From positions 1 to 38,580 of IMG/VR virus record IMGVR_UViG_3300036987_000521: DNA of 38,580 nucleotides, one strand, 5' to 3'. The notes beneath the pieces were generated by a model. The model did not search any database. It worked only from the letters and a program-made list of their open reading frames with translations, and was not told the origin of the DNA. The DNA comes from a virus (lineage: Duplodnaviria; Caudoviricetes). Of this stretch, positions 15,242-24,383 are shown in pieces. How positions within the stretch are numbered: the stretch's first letter is position 1; each line of letters opens with the position of its first letter. A program made the translations under genes and the position numbers.

Positions 15242-15670
15242 ATGATGGACGGCTATCTGATGTTGGCGCTCATCACCAACTTCGCCATGATGATGGGCGG
15301 CATCGGTGGGGCCTGCGGGTATGCGTTGGCGTTGACGGCGCAGCGGCGGATCGAGCGCCGGATTTTTGTGGCGGTCGAGGCGGCGCCGATCACGGCGCAT
15401 GTGACGGCGCCCGCGGTGGTGGATGTGCCAGTGATGTTGCACATCCCGCCCATTGCGCCGCTGACGGTGCCGATTGTGCTGGCGGCACCGCCCAGTGTGG
15501 CGGAACTGGCCGAGCGGGTGCTGGCCGAGACGCCGGAGTTGGGGCCGGATGCGCTGGCCCGGATCGTCGGGTGCGCAGAGGATACGGCGTACGCGTTGAT
15601 CCTCGACTGGCGGGATGCGCAGGGGCTGGTCGCGGAAGGGGCGCCGGTGCGCGAGGAGTTGACCGGCTGA
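15242..15670 (+). CDS. Membrane-anchored protein with C-terminal HTH-like segment
   Basis: N-terminal TM; LGPDALARIVGCAEDTAYALI. Confidence 0.65.
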   Translation: MMDGYLMLALITNFAMMMGGIGGACGYALALTAQRRIERRIFVAVEAAPITAHVTAPAVVDVPVMLHIPPIAPLTVPIVLAAPPSVAELAERVLAETPELGPDALARIVGCAEDTAYALILDWRDAQGLVAEGAPVREELTG

Positions 15671-15720
15671 GACGGCCGGCGGCGCGGGTGGGGGGTGGGG
15701 GATCGCCGGGCCGGGGGCGC

Positions 15721-15975
15721 ATGGAGAAATCTGAGTATCGTCCGCAGCAGCGGGCGGGGTTGATCGTGTGGCTGCTGGCGCAGGGGGTGCGGCTGTCTAC
15801 GGCCGAGGTGGCCCGGCGCACGGCGCGCTCATCGAGCGCGGCGCGGGCGATGTTGAATGGGCTGGCGGCCGTGGTGCCGCTGGTGCAGGATGCGCAGGGG
15901 CGGTGGGCGCTGTGCGACGGGGACGGGCAAATGCGGCCAATGTTGAAAAATCGGGGCGGTGCTGTGGTAGAGTGA
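15721..15975 (+). CDS. HTH protein, candidate late-gene regulator
   Basis: LSTAEVARRTARSSSAARAMLNGL; last gene before the packaging module. Confidence 0.6.
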   Translation: MEKSEYRPQQRAGLIVWLLAQGVRLSTAEVARRTARSSSAARAMLNGLAAVVPLVQDAQGRWALCDGDGQMRPMLKNRGGAVVE

Positions 15976-15976
15976 G
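15946..15976 (+). promoter_or_regulatory. Putative late promoter motif (second copy 21556-21587)
   Basis: AAAAAT-N11/12-TGTGGTAGAGTGAG shared upstream of the terminase and scaffold genes. Confidence 0.6.
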
Positions 15977-16170
15977 GGGCAGGGGTCGGGAGTCAGGGGT
16001 CGGGAGTCAGGGGGCAGGAGTCAGGGGTCAGGGGTCGGGAGTCAGGGGTCGGGAGTCAGGGGTGACGATCGGAAAAAGTCTTCGTGTATCCATTGCGCTG
16101 ACCTGGTAGGCGGCGCCGCAGCGGGCGGCGCGCCCGAAAAAGTGCATGTTTCCTGCATGTTTTGTGCACC

Positions 16171-16905
16171 ATGATTTTGCCTTACGAGTTGCCGCACGCG
16201 TGCGAGTCGGCGGAGGTGGCGGGGTTGTTGGCCCGGCTGAAGCCGACGGCACGGCGCGCGCTGCGGTCGTATGTGAGCCAGGTGGCGTTCGGTAAGTTGC
16301 GCGTGGGGGAGTGGTTGGCGGCGCCCACCTGCCCGGTGCGGGAGCGGCGCTGGCGGTATCTGCTGGCGGAGCCGGCCTTTGCGGCGGCGCTGGCGGCGTA
16401 TACGGCGGCGATGCAGCGGTGGGAACTGGCGGCCGAGCAGAAGGCGGTGGCGGGCAGTCAGCGGACGCTGCGCCTGGCGGCCGAGCGCAGCGCGGCGCGG
16501 TTGGTGGAGCAGGCGGATGGGCATGTCGGGCAGTTCTTCGCGGTGCGCGAGCGGTGGACGGCGGAGCCGCGGCCGACGGCGGAGGTGCTGGCCGAGGAGG
16601 TGCGCGCCGATGGCGACGGCCCCCAGCGCCGGTTCTTCCGGGTGCGCGAACTGGTCTTCGATGCGACGAGCCTGACTGATCCGCAACGGGCGCGGCTGAT
16701 CAAGAAGTTTTCGGATTCGCCGCGGGCCGGGCTGAGCGTGGAGTTGTACGATGCGCAGCGGGCGAGCGAGAGCATTCTGGATCGGGCGGCGGCGGAGACG
16801 GCGAGCAAGGGGCCGGCCGGGCCGGTGCGGTTGCAGGTGATCTATGACGATGGGCCAGGCGACGTATCAGATTCGGCTGCCGCGGCCGCATCTGAAGCAG
16901 CGTGA
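16171..16905 (+). CDS. terS: Terminase small subunit (putative)
   Basis: Position before terL; LIKKFSDSPRAGLSVELYDAQRA C-terminal pattern. Confidence 0.7.
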   Translation: MILPYELPHACESAEVAGLLARLKPTARRALRSYVSQVAFGKLRVGEWLAAPTCPVRERRWRYLLAEPAFAAALAAYTAAMQRWELAAEQKAVAGSQRTLRLAAERSAARLVEQADGHVGQFFAVRERWTAEPRPTAEVLAEEVRADGDGPQRRFFRVRELVFDATSLTDPQRARLIKKFSDSPRAGLSVELYDAQRASESILDRAAAETASKGPAGPVRLQVIYDDGPGDVSDSAAAAASEAA

Positions 16906-18085
16906 ATTTATCGAGAGTCCGGCGAAGCGGAAGGTGATTCGGGCCGGCCGGCGCAGCGGGAAGACGGTGGGGATTGCGATCTTTGCGGTGCAGCAGTTTC
17001 TGGCGGGCCGGCGGGTGCTGTATGCGACGCCGACGAGCGAGCAGATCGGCCGGTTTTGGACGACGGTGACGCGGGCGCTGAATGCGCCGATTGATGCGGG
17101 GGTGTTTTATAAGAATGCGACGGAGCATATCATCGAGCGGCGCGGGACGGAGCAGCGGATTCGGGCGAAGACGGCGTGGAATGCGGATACGCTGCGGGGC
17201 GATTATGCGGATGTGCTGATCCTCGATGAGTGGCAGTTGATGGATGAGGACGCCTGGGGGGTGGTGGGGGCGCCGATGTTGTTGGATCGGGACGGCGATG
17301 CGGTGTTTATTTACACGCCGCCGAGCCTGCATAGCCGGAGCGTGAGCAAGGCGCGGGATCCGCAGCACGCGGCGAAGTTGTTTCTGCGGGCGGCGGCGGA
17401 TGCCACGGGGCGGTGGGCGACGTTTTGTTTTGCGTCGCACGCTAATCCGCATATCAATCGGGCGGCGCTGGCTGAGATTACGCGGGATATGACGGCGCTG
17501 GCGTATCGGCAGGAGATCCTGGCCGAGGATGTGACGGAGGCGCCGGAGGCGTTGTGGACGCGGGAGCGCTTGGAGGCCGGGCGGGTGCTGCGGGCGCCGG
17601 AGTTGGCGCGCATTATCGTGGGGGTGGATCCGTCGGCGACGGCCGGGGGCGATGAGGCGGGGGTGGTGACGGCCGGGGTGGATCGGGATGGTGGGCTGTT
17701 CGTGCTGGCGGATGACTCGGTGCGGGGGTCGCCGTTGACGTGGGCGACGGCGGCGGTGACGGCGTATCATCGGAGTAAGGCGGATAAGATCGTGGCCGAG
17801 GCGAATAACGGCGGCGAGATGGTGGCGCTGACGCTGGCGACGGTGGATCGTAAGGCGCCGGTGCAGTTGGTCCATGCTAGCCGGGGGAAGGCGACGCGGG
17901 CGGAGCCGATTGCGGCGCTGTATGAGACGGGGCGCGGGCATCATGTGGGGCGGTTTACGGCGTTGGAGGATGAGTTGTGTTTGTGGACGCCGGGGGATCC
18001 CTCACCGAATCGGCTGGATGCGCTGGTGTGGGCGGCGACGGCGTTGACGGAGCATCAGCCGGGGCGGAAGCTGGTGACGTGGTAA
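16844..18085 (+). CDS. terL: Terminase large subunit
   Basis: AGRRSGKT Walker A, LILDE Walker B, IIVGVDPS and SPNRLDALVWA nuclease motifs. Confidence 0.95.
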   Translation: MTMGQATYQIRLPRPHLKQREFIESPAKRKVIRAGRRSGKTVGIAIFAVQQFLAGRRVLYATPTSEQIGRFWTTVTRALNAPIDAGVFYKNATEHIIERRGTEQRIRAKTAWNADTLRGDYADVLILDEWQLMDEDAWGVVGAPMLLDRDGDAVFIYTPPSLHSRSVSKARDPQHAAKLFLRAAADATGRWATFCFASHANPHINRAALAEITRDMTALAYRQEILAEDVTEAPEALWTRERLEAGRVLRAPELARIIVGVDPSATAGGDEAGVVTAGVDRDGGLFVLADDSVRGSPLTWATAAVTAYHRSKADKIVAEANNGGEMVALTLATVDRKAPVQLVHASRGKATRAEPIAALYETGRGHHVGRFTALEDELCLWTPGDPSPNRLDALVWAATALTEHQPGRKLVTW

Positions 18086-18127
18086 AGTTGGCAACCGGGC
18101 GACGGTTGCCAACTTTGGGGAGGCAGG

Positions 18128-19507
18128 ATGGATGATTTTGCGTGGGCGACGGGGACGTTGGCGGCCCGGCAGACGGTGTATCAGGCGGCGTATGATTATT
18201 ATGCGGGCAAGCATGTGTTGACGTTTGTGACGCAGAAGTTTCGGCAGACGTTCGGGGCGCTGTTGCAGGCGTTTGCGGATAATCTGTGTCCGGCGGTGGT
18301 GGATACGGTGGGGGATCGGTTGACGATCAGTGGGTTCAGTGCGGAGGGCGGCCCGGCGACCGGCGGCCCTTCGACAGGCTCAGGGCGCGATGCGGCGGGC
18401 GCGGCGGCCTGGGCGATCTGGCAGGCGAACCGGATGGATCAGCGCAGCCGGGAGGCGCATCTGGATGCGTTGGTCGGCGGGGATGCGTATCTGGTGGTGT
18501 GGCCGGATGCGGCCGGGCAGCCGACGTTGTATCCGAATGCGGGCGCGACGCTGGCGGTGAAGTATGACCCGGAGACGCCGGGGCGGATCGTGCAGGCGGC
18601 AAAAGCCTGGCTGAATGACGATGGGTTTTTGCGGCTGACGCTGTATTATGCCGATCGGATCGAGAAGTGGATCAGCGCGGCGAAGTTGAGCAGCGGGCTG
18701 GTGGGGCCGCTGAATGCGGCGGCGTTCGTGCCCTTCGAAGCGGCGGGTGTGGCGTGGCCGGTGGTGAATCCGTGGGGCGAGGTGCCGGTGTTTCATTTCG
18801 CCAATAATGGGTTTACGGGGCAGTTGGGCCGGTCGGAGTTGGCGGATGTGCTGCCGTTGCAGAATGCGTTGAACAAGGCGGTGTGCGATATGTTGGTGGC
18901 GATGGAGTTCGTGGCGCTGCCGCAACGCTGGGTGACGGGGTTGGAGGTGGAGCTGGATCCGGCGACGGGGAAGCCAAAGGCGCCGTTCGTGCCGGGGGTG
19001 GATCGGGTGTGGGCGGTGGGCGCGCCGGATGCGCGGTTCGGCGAGTTCGGGCCGGCCAATCTGAGTCAGTTGGTGGCGGTGCAGGAGGCGTTTCGGACGG
19101 AGATCGCGCGGGTGAGCCGGACGCCGTTGCATTATCTGGCGCCGAGCGGCGAGTTCCCGTCGGGCGAGGCGCTGAAGACGGCTGAGGCGCCGCTGCTGGC
19201 GAAGGTGAAGCAGCGCCAGGTGGTGTGGGGGAATGTGTGGGAGAATGCGCTGGGGCTGGCGCTGCGGATGGCCGGGGGGCCGCGTGTGCGGCTCAATGCG
19301 CAGTGGGTGGATCCGACGCCGCGCAATGAGACGGAGTTCTTGAACGGGCTGGCGGTGAAGCAGGCGTTGGGGGTGTCGGACGTGCAGTTGCAGCGGGAGA
19401 TGGGGTATAGCGCGGATGAGATCGCCGGGTTTGCGGCGGAGCGGACGGCGCAGGCGACCGATGTGGGCAGCCAGTTGTTGACGGCCTTTGAGCAGGGCGC
19501 CGCCTGA
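18128..19507 (+). CDS. Portal protein (SPP1 gp6-like)
   Basis: YDYYAGKH, NLCPAVVD, GEVPVFHFAN, GRSEL, PSGEALK motifs; position after terL. Confidence 0.92.
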   Translation: MDDFAWATGTLAARQTVYQAAYDYYAGKHVLTFVTQKFRQTFGALLQAFADNLCPAVVDTVGDRLTISGFSAEGGPATGGPSTGSGRDAAGAAAWAIWQANRMDQRSREAHLDALVGGDAYLVVWPDAAGQPTLYPNAGATLAVKYDPETPGRIVQAAKAWLNDDGFLRLTLYYADRIEKWISAAKLSSGLVGPLNAAAFVPFEAAGVAWPVVNPWGEVPVFHFANNGFTGQLGRSELADVLPLQNALNKAVCDMLVAMEFVALPQRWVTGLEVELDPATGKPKAPFVPGVDRVWAVGAPDARFGEFGPANLSQLVAVQEAFRTEIARVSRTPLHYLAPSGEFPSGEALKTAEAPLLAKVKQRQVVWGNVWENALGLALRMAGGPRVRLNAQWVDPTPRNETEFLNGLAVKQALGVSDVQLQREMGYSADEIAGFAAERTAQATDVGSQLLTAFEQGAA

Positions 19508-19575
19508 CAGGGTGACACGGTGACAGGGTGACACGGTGACGGGGGGACGGGGGGACGGGGGGCCGGGGGGCCGGG

Positions 19576-21261
19576 GTGACTGAGGGGCCGGGGCAGATCT
19601 ACGAGGCGGCGGCGCGGTTGCGCCAGGCGGTGCTGCGGCGCGAGCAGCAGGCGGCCGGGCAGTTGATCCGGGCGTATGGGGCGATCTGGCAGCAGTTGCG
19701 GGGGCAGACGGCGCGGCTGTTGGCGCAGTATGCCGCGGCGCAGGCGGCGGCGCAGGCGCAGGGGCAGCCGTTTGGGCCGGCGGCGAGCTGGTTGTTTCAG
19801 TATAACCGGTTGCAGGCGTTGGAGGCGCAGACGGCGGCGGCGCTGCAGGAGTTTGCGGCGCTGGCCGAGACGACGATTGCGGCGGAGCAGCGGGCGGCGG
19901 TGGAACTGGCGGCGGCGCACGCGGAGGAGCTGGTCCGGGATCAGGGGGCAGGGGGCGGGGGTCAGGAGGTGGGGGTCCGGTGGGATCGGTTGCCACGGGA
20001 GGCGGTGGACGACCTGGTGGGTTTTTTGCAGGACGGTTCGCCGTTGCGGGCGTTGTTGGACGGGCTGGCGCCGCAGGGCAGCCTGGCGGTGCGCGATGCG
20101 CTGCTCGGCGGGCTGGCCGCCGGGTTGAATCCCCGGACGGTGGCGCGGCAGGTGCGCGATGGGTTGGGGGTGGGGCTGGCGCGGGCGTTGACGATCAGCC
20201 GGACGGAGATGTTGCGGGCGTATCGGGAGGCCAGTCTGCGCAACTATCAGGCGAACGCCGGGGTGGTGGCGGGGTGGCGGTGGTTGAGCGCCAAGCAGGG
20301 ACGCACGTGTATTGCGTGTCTGATGGCGGATGGCACGGTGCATGGGCTGGCGGAGCGGTTGACGGATCATCCGAACGGCCGCTGCACGATGGTTCCAATC
20401 ACGCGCACGTGGGCCGAGTTGGGGATTGCCGGCATGGCGGAGACGCAGCCGGGGCCGGGGCAAACGGGGGAAGCCTACTTCCGGGGGTTGCCGGCGGCGA
20501 CGCAGCAGCAGATGTTGGGGCGGTCGGCGTGGGCGGCCTGGCAGGGCGGGGCCGTGGAACTGCGCGATTTTGTGGGGATCCGGGCGAGTGCGCTGTGGGG
20601 GCCGACGCATTACGTGCGGAGTTTGCGGGAGATCTTGGGGGAGGCGGAGGCGGCGAAGTGGATCCGGAGCGGAACGAGAAAGACCGCTCGTTCGGAGGCG
20701 TTGCTGCTTGAAGCTGATCGTGTTGCAGCCAAGCATGGTGTATTGGTGTCGCACGGTGATATAATGGGCGTAGCAGAGATTGTGAGTCAATCGCTCGCAC
20801 GCTTTGGGCATGATGAATGGTTGCCACGTGAGATACGCGCCGATGCGAAGCACTTTTTGCCAGCGGAGCGGCAAGCGGTAGTCGGGCGCTACGCGTATAA
20901 AGGCCGCGTGTTTTTTATCAATCCAGAACATGCCTATTGGCAAGGCGGTTCTGCTGGCGCAGCGGAATTCATTGCTAACCTACAAGCCGGTTATCTCTCG
21001 ACAGCCGACGCATTACATCCCTTATGGCATGAATTGGGGCACGCTGCGCATCATCGCGTGTTGCGCCATCAATACGAACGACTCAACTACACGGCGATTT
21101 GGACGAACGCGGAGCAGGACATTGCGGCAATCGTCAGTCAGCGCGCCGCGCACTCTCCTACAGAATTCATGGCCGAAGTATTTGCTTTGCTGATGGTTGG
21201 TGGATCGCCAGACACTGCGCCCCGCTTGCTGTATACACGTTTTGGAGGTTTGATCCCGTGA
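19576..21261 (+). CDS. MuF/SPP1 gp7-like minor head protein with C-terminal zinc metallopeptidase extension
   Basis: ISRTE...W.W...TCIAC...DG...HPNGRC MuF motif; HELGH...EFMAEVF in the lower-GC tail. Confidence 0.88.
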   Translation: MTEGPGQIYEAAARLRQAVLRREQQAAGQLIRAYGAIWQQLRGQTARLLAQYAAAQAAAQAQGQPFGPAASWLFQYNRLQALEAQTAAALQEFAALAETTIAAEQRAAVELAAAHAEELVRDQGAGGGGQEVGVRWDRLPREAVDDLVGFLQDGSPLRALLDGLAPQGSLAVRDALLGGLAAGLNPRTVARQVRDGLGVGLARALTISRTEMLRAYREASLRNYQANAGVVAGWRWLSAKQGRTCIACLMADGTVHGLAERLTDHPNGRCTMVPITRTWAELGIAGMAETQPGPGQTGEAYFRGLPAATQQQMLGRSAWAAWQGGAVELRDFVGIRASALWGPTHYVRSLREILGEAEAAKWIRSGTRKTARSEALLLEADRVAAKHGVLVSHGDIMGVAEIVSQSLARFGHDEWLPREIRADAKHFLPAERQAVVGRYAYKGRVFFINPEHAYWQGGSAGAAEFIANLQAGYLSTADALHPLWHELGHAAHHRVLRHQYERLNYTAIWTNAEQDIAAIVSQRAAHSPTEFMAEVFALLMVGGSPDTAPRLLYTRFGGLIP

Positions 21262-21479
21262 CTTTAGCAATTCCGCCATGTCTGTGGTGTCGGCATTTGC
21301 AGCAAGCCGGGCGTATGCGCGTGTGGACGTGCGCGGCTTTCCTTGACGGCATTCCTGAACCGATCCTCGCGGCGGAAGTGGTACACGATAAGCCCTATCC
21401 CGGCGATCACGACATCCAGTTTGCGCCGAAGCCGGGCTATGATGCGCAGGGTCGCCGGGTGTCGGCCGAGGGCGCTTGA
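21258..21479 (+). CDS. Small Cys/His protein, candidate immunity partner of the MuF toxin domain
   Basis: GGAGG RBS, GTGA overlap; CLWCRH...CAAFLDGIP...HDKPYPGD. Confidence 0.7.
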   Translation: MTLAIPPCLWCRHLQQAGRMRVWTCAAFLDGIPEPILAAEVVHDKPYPGDHDIQFAPKPGYDAQGRRVSAEGA

Positions 21480-21507
21480 CTGCGTGCCAGGCGCCCAATG
21501 GATTCCG

Positions 21508-21532
21508 AACCGCCAAAACTGGCGGTTTTTTT
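21508..21532 (+). terminator. Intrinsic terminator
   Basis: AACCGCCA-AAAC-TGGCGGTT followed by a T run. Confidence 0.8.
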
Positions 21533-21614
21533 GTTGTCCAATTTCGGGCGGCATCAAAAATTTACCGGGGGCGTGTGGTAGAGTGAGCGCAACAGGTTGA
21601 AAGGAGCTGGTGAG

Positions 21615-22196
21615 ATGCCAGAGCAACAGACGGGGGGCGGGATGCCCAAGGACGCCGGCGGGACGCCGGGCGCGGGGAGTCAGGAGTCAGGAGCCAGGAG
21701 TCAGGAGCCGGGCGGCGGGACGCCGGCCAGCTTCGAGGCGTGGCTGGCGGGGCAGCCGGAGGATGTGCGGGGGCTGTACGAGTCGCACACTAAGGGGTTG
21801 CGCACGGCGCTGGATACGGAGCGGAGTGAGCGGTCGGCGCTGAGCCGGCAATTGCGCGAGCTGCAAGGCAAGGCGGAGAAGGGGTCCGATGCCGAGAAGG
21901 GGCTGGCGGAATTGCAGGGGCGGCTCGAATTGGCCGAGCGCCGGGCGACCTTTGCGGAGGAGGCGCATAAGCCGGAGATCGGCTGTGTGAATGCGAAGGC
22001 GGCGTGGGCGCTGGCGCAGGCGGAGGGGCTGTTCGATCGGCGCGGGAATCCCGATTGGGCCGCGTTGCAGGCCGTGGCGCCGGAGTTGTTCCGTAAGGCG
22101 GTGGGTTCGGCGGATGGCGGCGCGGGGCCGGCCGGACAGCGGTCGGGGGCGACGGGGATGAATGAGCTGCTGCGGCGGGCGATGGAAGGGCGGTAG
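21615..22196 (+). CDS. Capsid scaffolding protein
   Basis: AAGGAG RBS; coiled coil; C-terminal MNELLRRA; precedes the capsid gene. Confidence 0.8.
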   Translation: MPEQQTGGGMPKDAGGTPGAGSQESGARSQEPGGGTPASFEAWLAGQPEDVRGLYESHTKGLRTALDTERSERSALSRQLRELQGKAEKGSDAEKGLAELQGRLELAERRATFAEEAHKPEIGCVNAKAAWALAQAEGLFDRRGNPDWAALQAVAPELFRKAVGSADGGAGPAGQRSGATGMNELLRRAMEGR

Positions 22197-22279
22197 CGGA
22201 TTGCGGATTGCGGATTGCGGATTGCGGATTGCGGATTGCGGATTGCGGATTGCGGATTGCGGATTGCGGATTGCAGATT
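22196..22279 (+). repeat. (GCGGATT)11 plus one variant
   Basis: Fills the whole gap between the scaffold stop and the capsid RBS. Confidence 0.97.
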
Positions 22280-22288
22280 TAGGAGGCA

Positions 22289-23275
22289 ATGAGGATGCCG
22301 TACAACAATTATGTGCAGACGGTGGGGAGTTTGATCCCGCAGGATGTGTCGCTGGACATGTTGGGGCGGGCGACGCAGAATAGCCAGGCGCTCCGGTTGG
22401 CGCGGCGGTTGCGCGATATGCCGACGGCGACGCGCACAATGCCGGTGCAGAGTGCGATGGCGACGGCGTATTTCGTGAACGGCCGGACGGGGCTGAAGCA
22501 GACGACGCAGGTGGACTGGACGGACAAGACGCTGACGGCGGAGGAGCTGGCGGTGATCGTGCCGATCCCGCAGAGCACCTATGACGATCTGGTGCAGGGC
22601 TTCGATGTGTGGGGCGCGGTGCGCCGGGACATCGAGGAGGCGATGGGGGTCGCGATTGACCAGGCCGTGCTGTATGGGACGAACATCCCGGCAGCGTGGG
22701 CCAGTGCGCTGGGCGGCAACGCCGGCGAGGGGATCGTGGATGTGGCCGCGGCGAAGACTTCGACGCCGGGGACGCATGTGATCAGCCTGGTGAACTATGG
22801 GGATGTGTACGATGCGATCATGGGCGAAGAAGGGGTGTTCGCGCTGATCGAGGAAGACGGCTTTGTGGCGACGGGGGTGCTGGCGCATACGACGATGAAG
22901 GGGCGGCTGCGCGGGCTGCGCGACGACAATAAGCAGCCGATCTTCATGGCTTCGATGCAGCAGGCCGGGCAGTATGTGCTCGACGGGGTGCCGGTGACGT
23001 TCCCGACGAACGGCGCGCTGGACAGTGCGGCGTCGCTGCTCATCGCCGGGCAGTGGCCGGAGCTGGTGTATGCGGTGCGCCAGGATGTCAACTGGATGAT
23101 TGCGAAGGAAGCCTCGATCCATGATGCGAATGGCACGCTGGTGTATAACCTCTTCCAGCAGGACATGATCGCGCTGCGGGTGACGTTCCGGCTGGCGGTG
23201 GCGCTGCCGAATCCGATCAACCGGCAGGAGCAGACGGCGGGGGCGCGCTTCCCGTTTGCGGTGCTGACGGCGTAA
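22289..23275 (+). CDS. Major capsid protein (HK97 fold)
   Basis: LTAEELAVIVPI, AIDQAVLYGT, LRDDNKQPIF, NLFQQDMIALRVTFR. Confidence 0.93.
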   Translation: MRMPYNNYVQTVGSLIPQDVSLDMLGRATQNSQALRLARRLRDMPTATRTMPVQSAMATAYFVNGRTGLKQTTQVDWTDKTLTAEELAVIVPIPQSTYDDLVQGFDVWGAVRRDIEEAMGVAIDQAVLYGTNIPAAWASALGGNAGEGIVDVAAAKTSTPGTHVISLVNYGDVYDAIMGEEGVFALIEEDGFVATGVLAHTTMKGRLRGLRDDNKQPIFMASMQQAGQYVLDGVPVTFPTNGALDSAASLLIAGQWPELVYAVRQDVNWMIAKEASIHDANGTLVYNLFQQDMIALRVTFRLAVALPNPINRQEQTAGARFPFAVLTA

Positions 23276-23337
23276 CGGGGGAAAAATCGGTAGACAGGGA
23301 AACAGGTAGACAAGGAAACGCGGAGTTAGGAGGACAG

Positions 23338-23805
23338 ATGCAGACGCAATATGGACGGTTGGCGGCGGCGGGTGCGGTGGCGGTGGTTTTGCTGGCGGCG
23401 GTGCTGGTGTTTTCGGCGGCGTTGAGTATTCAGGCGGCGCCGTTGGCGGCACCGACGCCGATTTCGATCAGCTACAACAGCGATAACACGCGTTATCCGC
23501 TGAACTGGTTCGTGACTGAGGTGATCACCCAGGACACGGCGAGCGCGGCGATTCGGCTGGCGGACTACGAGGCGCTGGACATTCACTATGTGATTGACCA
23601 GGGCGAGACGAACACGGTGACGCTGAAGTTGCAGTTCTCGAACGACAACAGTAATTGGGTGGACGGGGTGAGCCTCGTGAGCGCGAGCACGACGGATCAG
23701 AATGCGTTGCAGCCGTTCCATAATTTCGGGATCTGGACGCGGCTGTATGCGGATGTGGCGACCAGCGACGCGTTGACGGTGACGGCGATCGGGGTGGCGA
23801 AGTAG
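23338..23805 (+). CDS. Beta-sandwich protein with N-terminal signal peptide
   Basis: AGGAGG RBS; hydrophobic leader ending IQA-AP; TVTLKLQFSNDNSNW...WTRL. Confidence 0.75.
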   Translation: MQTQYGRLAAAGAVAVVLLAAVLVFSAALSIQAAPLAAPTPISISYNSDNTRYPLNWFVTEVITQDTASAAIRLADYEALDIHYVIDQGETNTVTLKLQFSNDNSNWVDGVSLVSASTTDQNALQPFHNFGIWTRLYADVATSDALTVTAIGVAK

Positions 23806-23922
23806 GCCGGGGTCAGGGGTCAGGGGTCAGGGGTCAGGAGGCCGGGGTCAGGGGTCAGGGGTCAGGGGTCAGGGGTCAGGGGTCAGGGGTCAGGGGTCAG
23901 GAGGTAGGGATCAGGAGGCAGG

Positions 23923-24300
23923 ATGACGGCGGCTGTGGCGTTGGTGCGGCTGAAGAAGATGGTGGCGAGTACGGTGGAGCCGACGTTGAGCGATGACGAG
24001 GCGACGACGTTGCTCGGCATGAGCGCGCTGGTGGATCGCGCGGGGTATGCGCCGCCGGACGCCGCGTGGACGCCGACCTATGATCTGAACATCGGGGCGG
24101 CCGAGGGGTGGCGCTGGAAGGCGGCGGCGGTGGCCGGCAAGGTCGATTTCAGCGCGGACGGCGGCAGTTATCAGCGCAGCCAGCAACATGCGATGTGCCT
24201 GGCGCAGGCGCAGGCGTATGCGCGCAAGGTGGCGGTGGCGCTGCCGGTCGTTTCGACGCTGGTGGATGAGGCCGCTGAGCAGGCGGCTGATTGGGTGTAG
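23923..24300 (+). CDS. Head-tail adaptor
   Basis: PTLSDDE...YDLNIGAAEGWRWKAA...DFSADGGSYQRSQ; position. Confidence 0.75.
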   Translation: MTAAVALVRLKKMVASTVEPTLSDDEATTLLGMSALVDRAGYAPPDAAWTPTYDLNIGAAEGWRWKAAAVAGKVDFSADGGSYQRSQQHAMCLAQAQAYARKVAVALPVVSTLVDEAAEQAADWV

Positions 24301-24383
24301 CGCCAGACGGGGTGAACGGTGATCCTTCGACTACGCAGCCAAAGGGCGGCTGCTCCGCTCAGGATGACAGGGTGACGGAAGCG

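Noticed and set aside
13121-15253. Diversity-generating retroelement TR/VR pair
   Set aside because: The copies are identical with no adenine-specific mismatches, and no reverse transcriptase is encoded
22196-22279. CRISPR array
   Set aside because: Pure 7-mer tandem repeat with no unique spacers and no cas genes; the same applies to the other arrays
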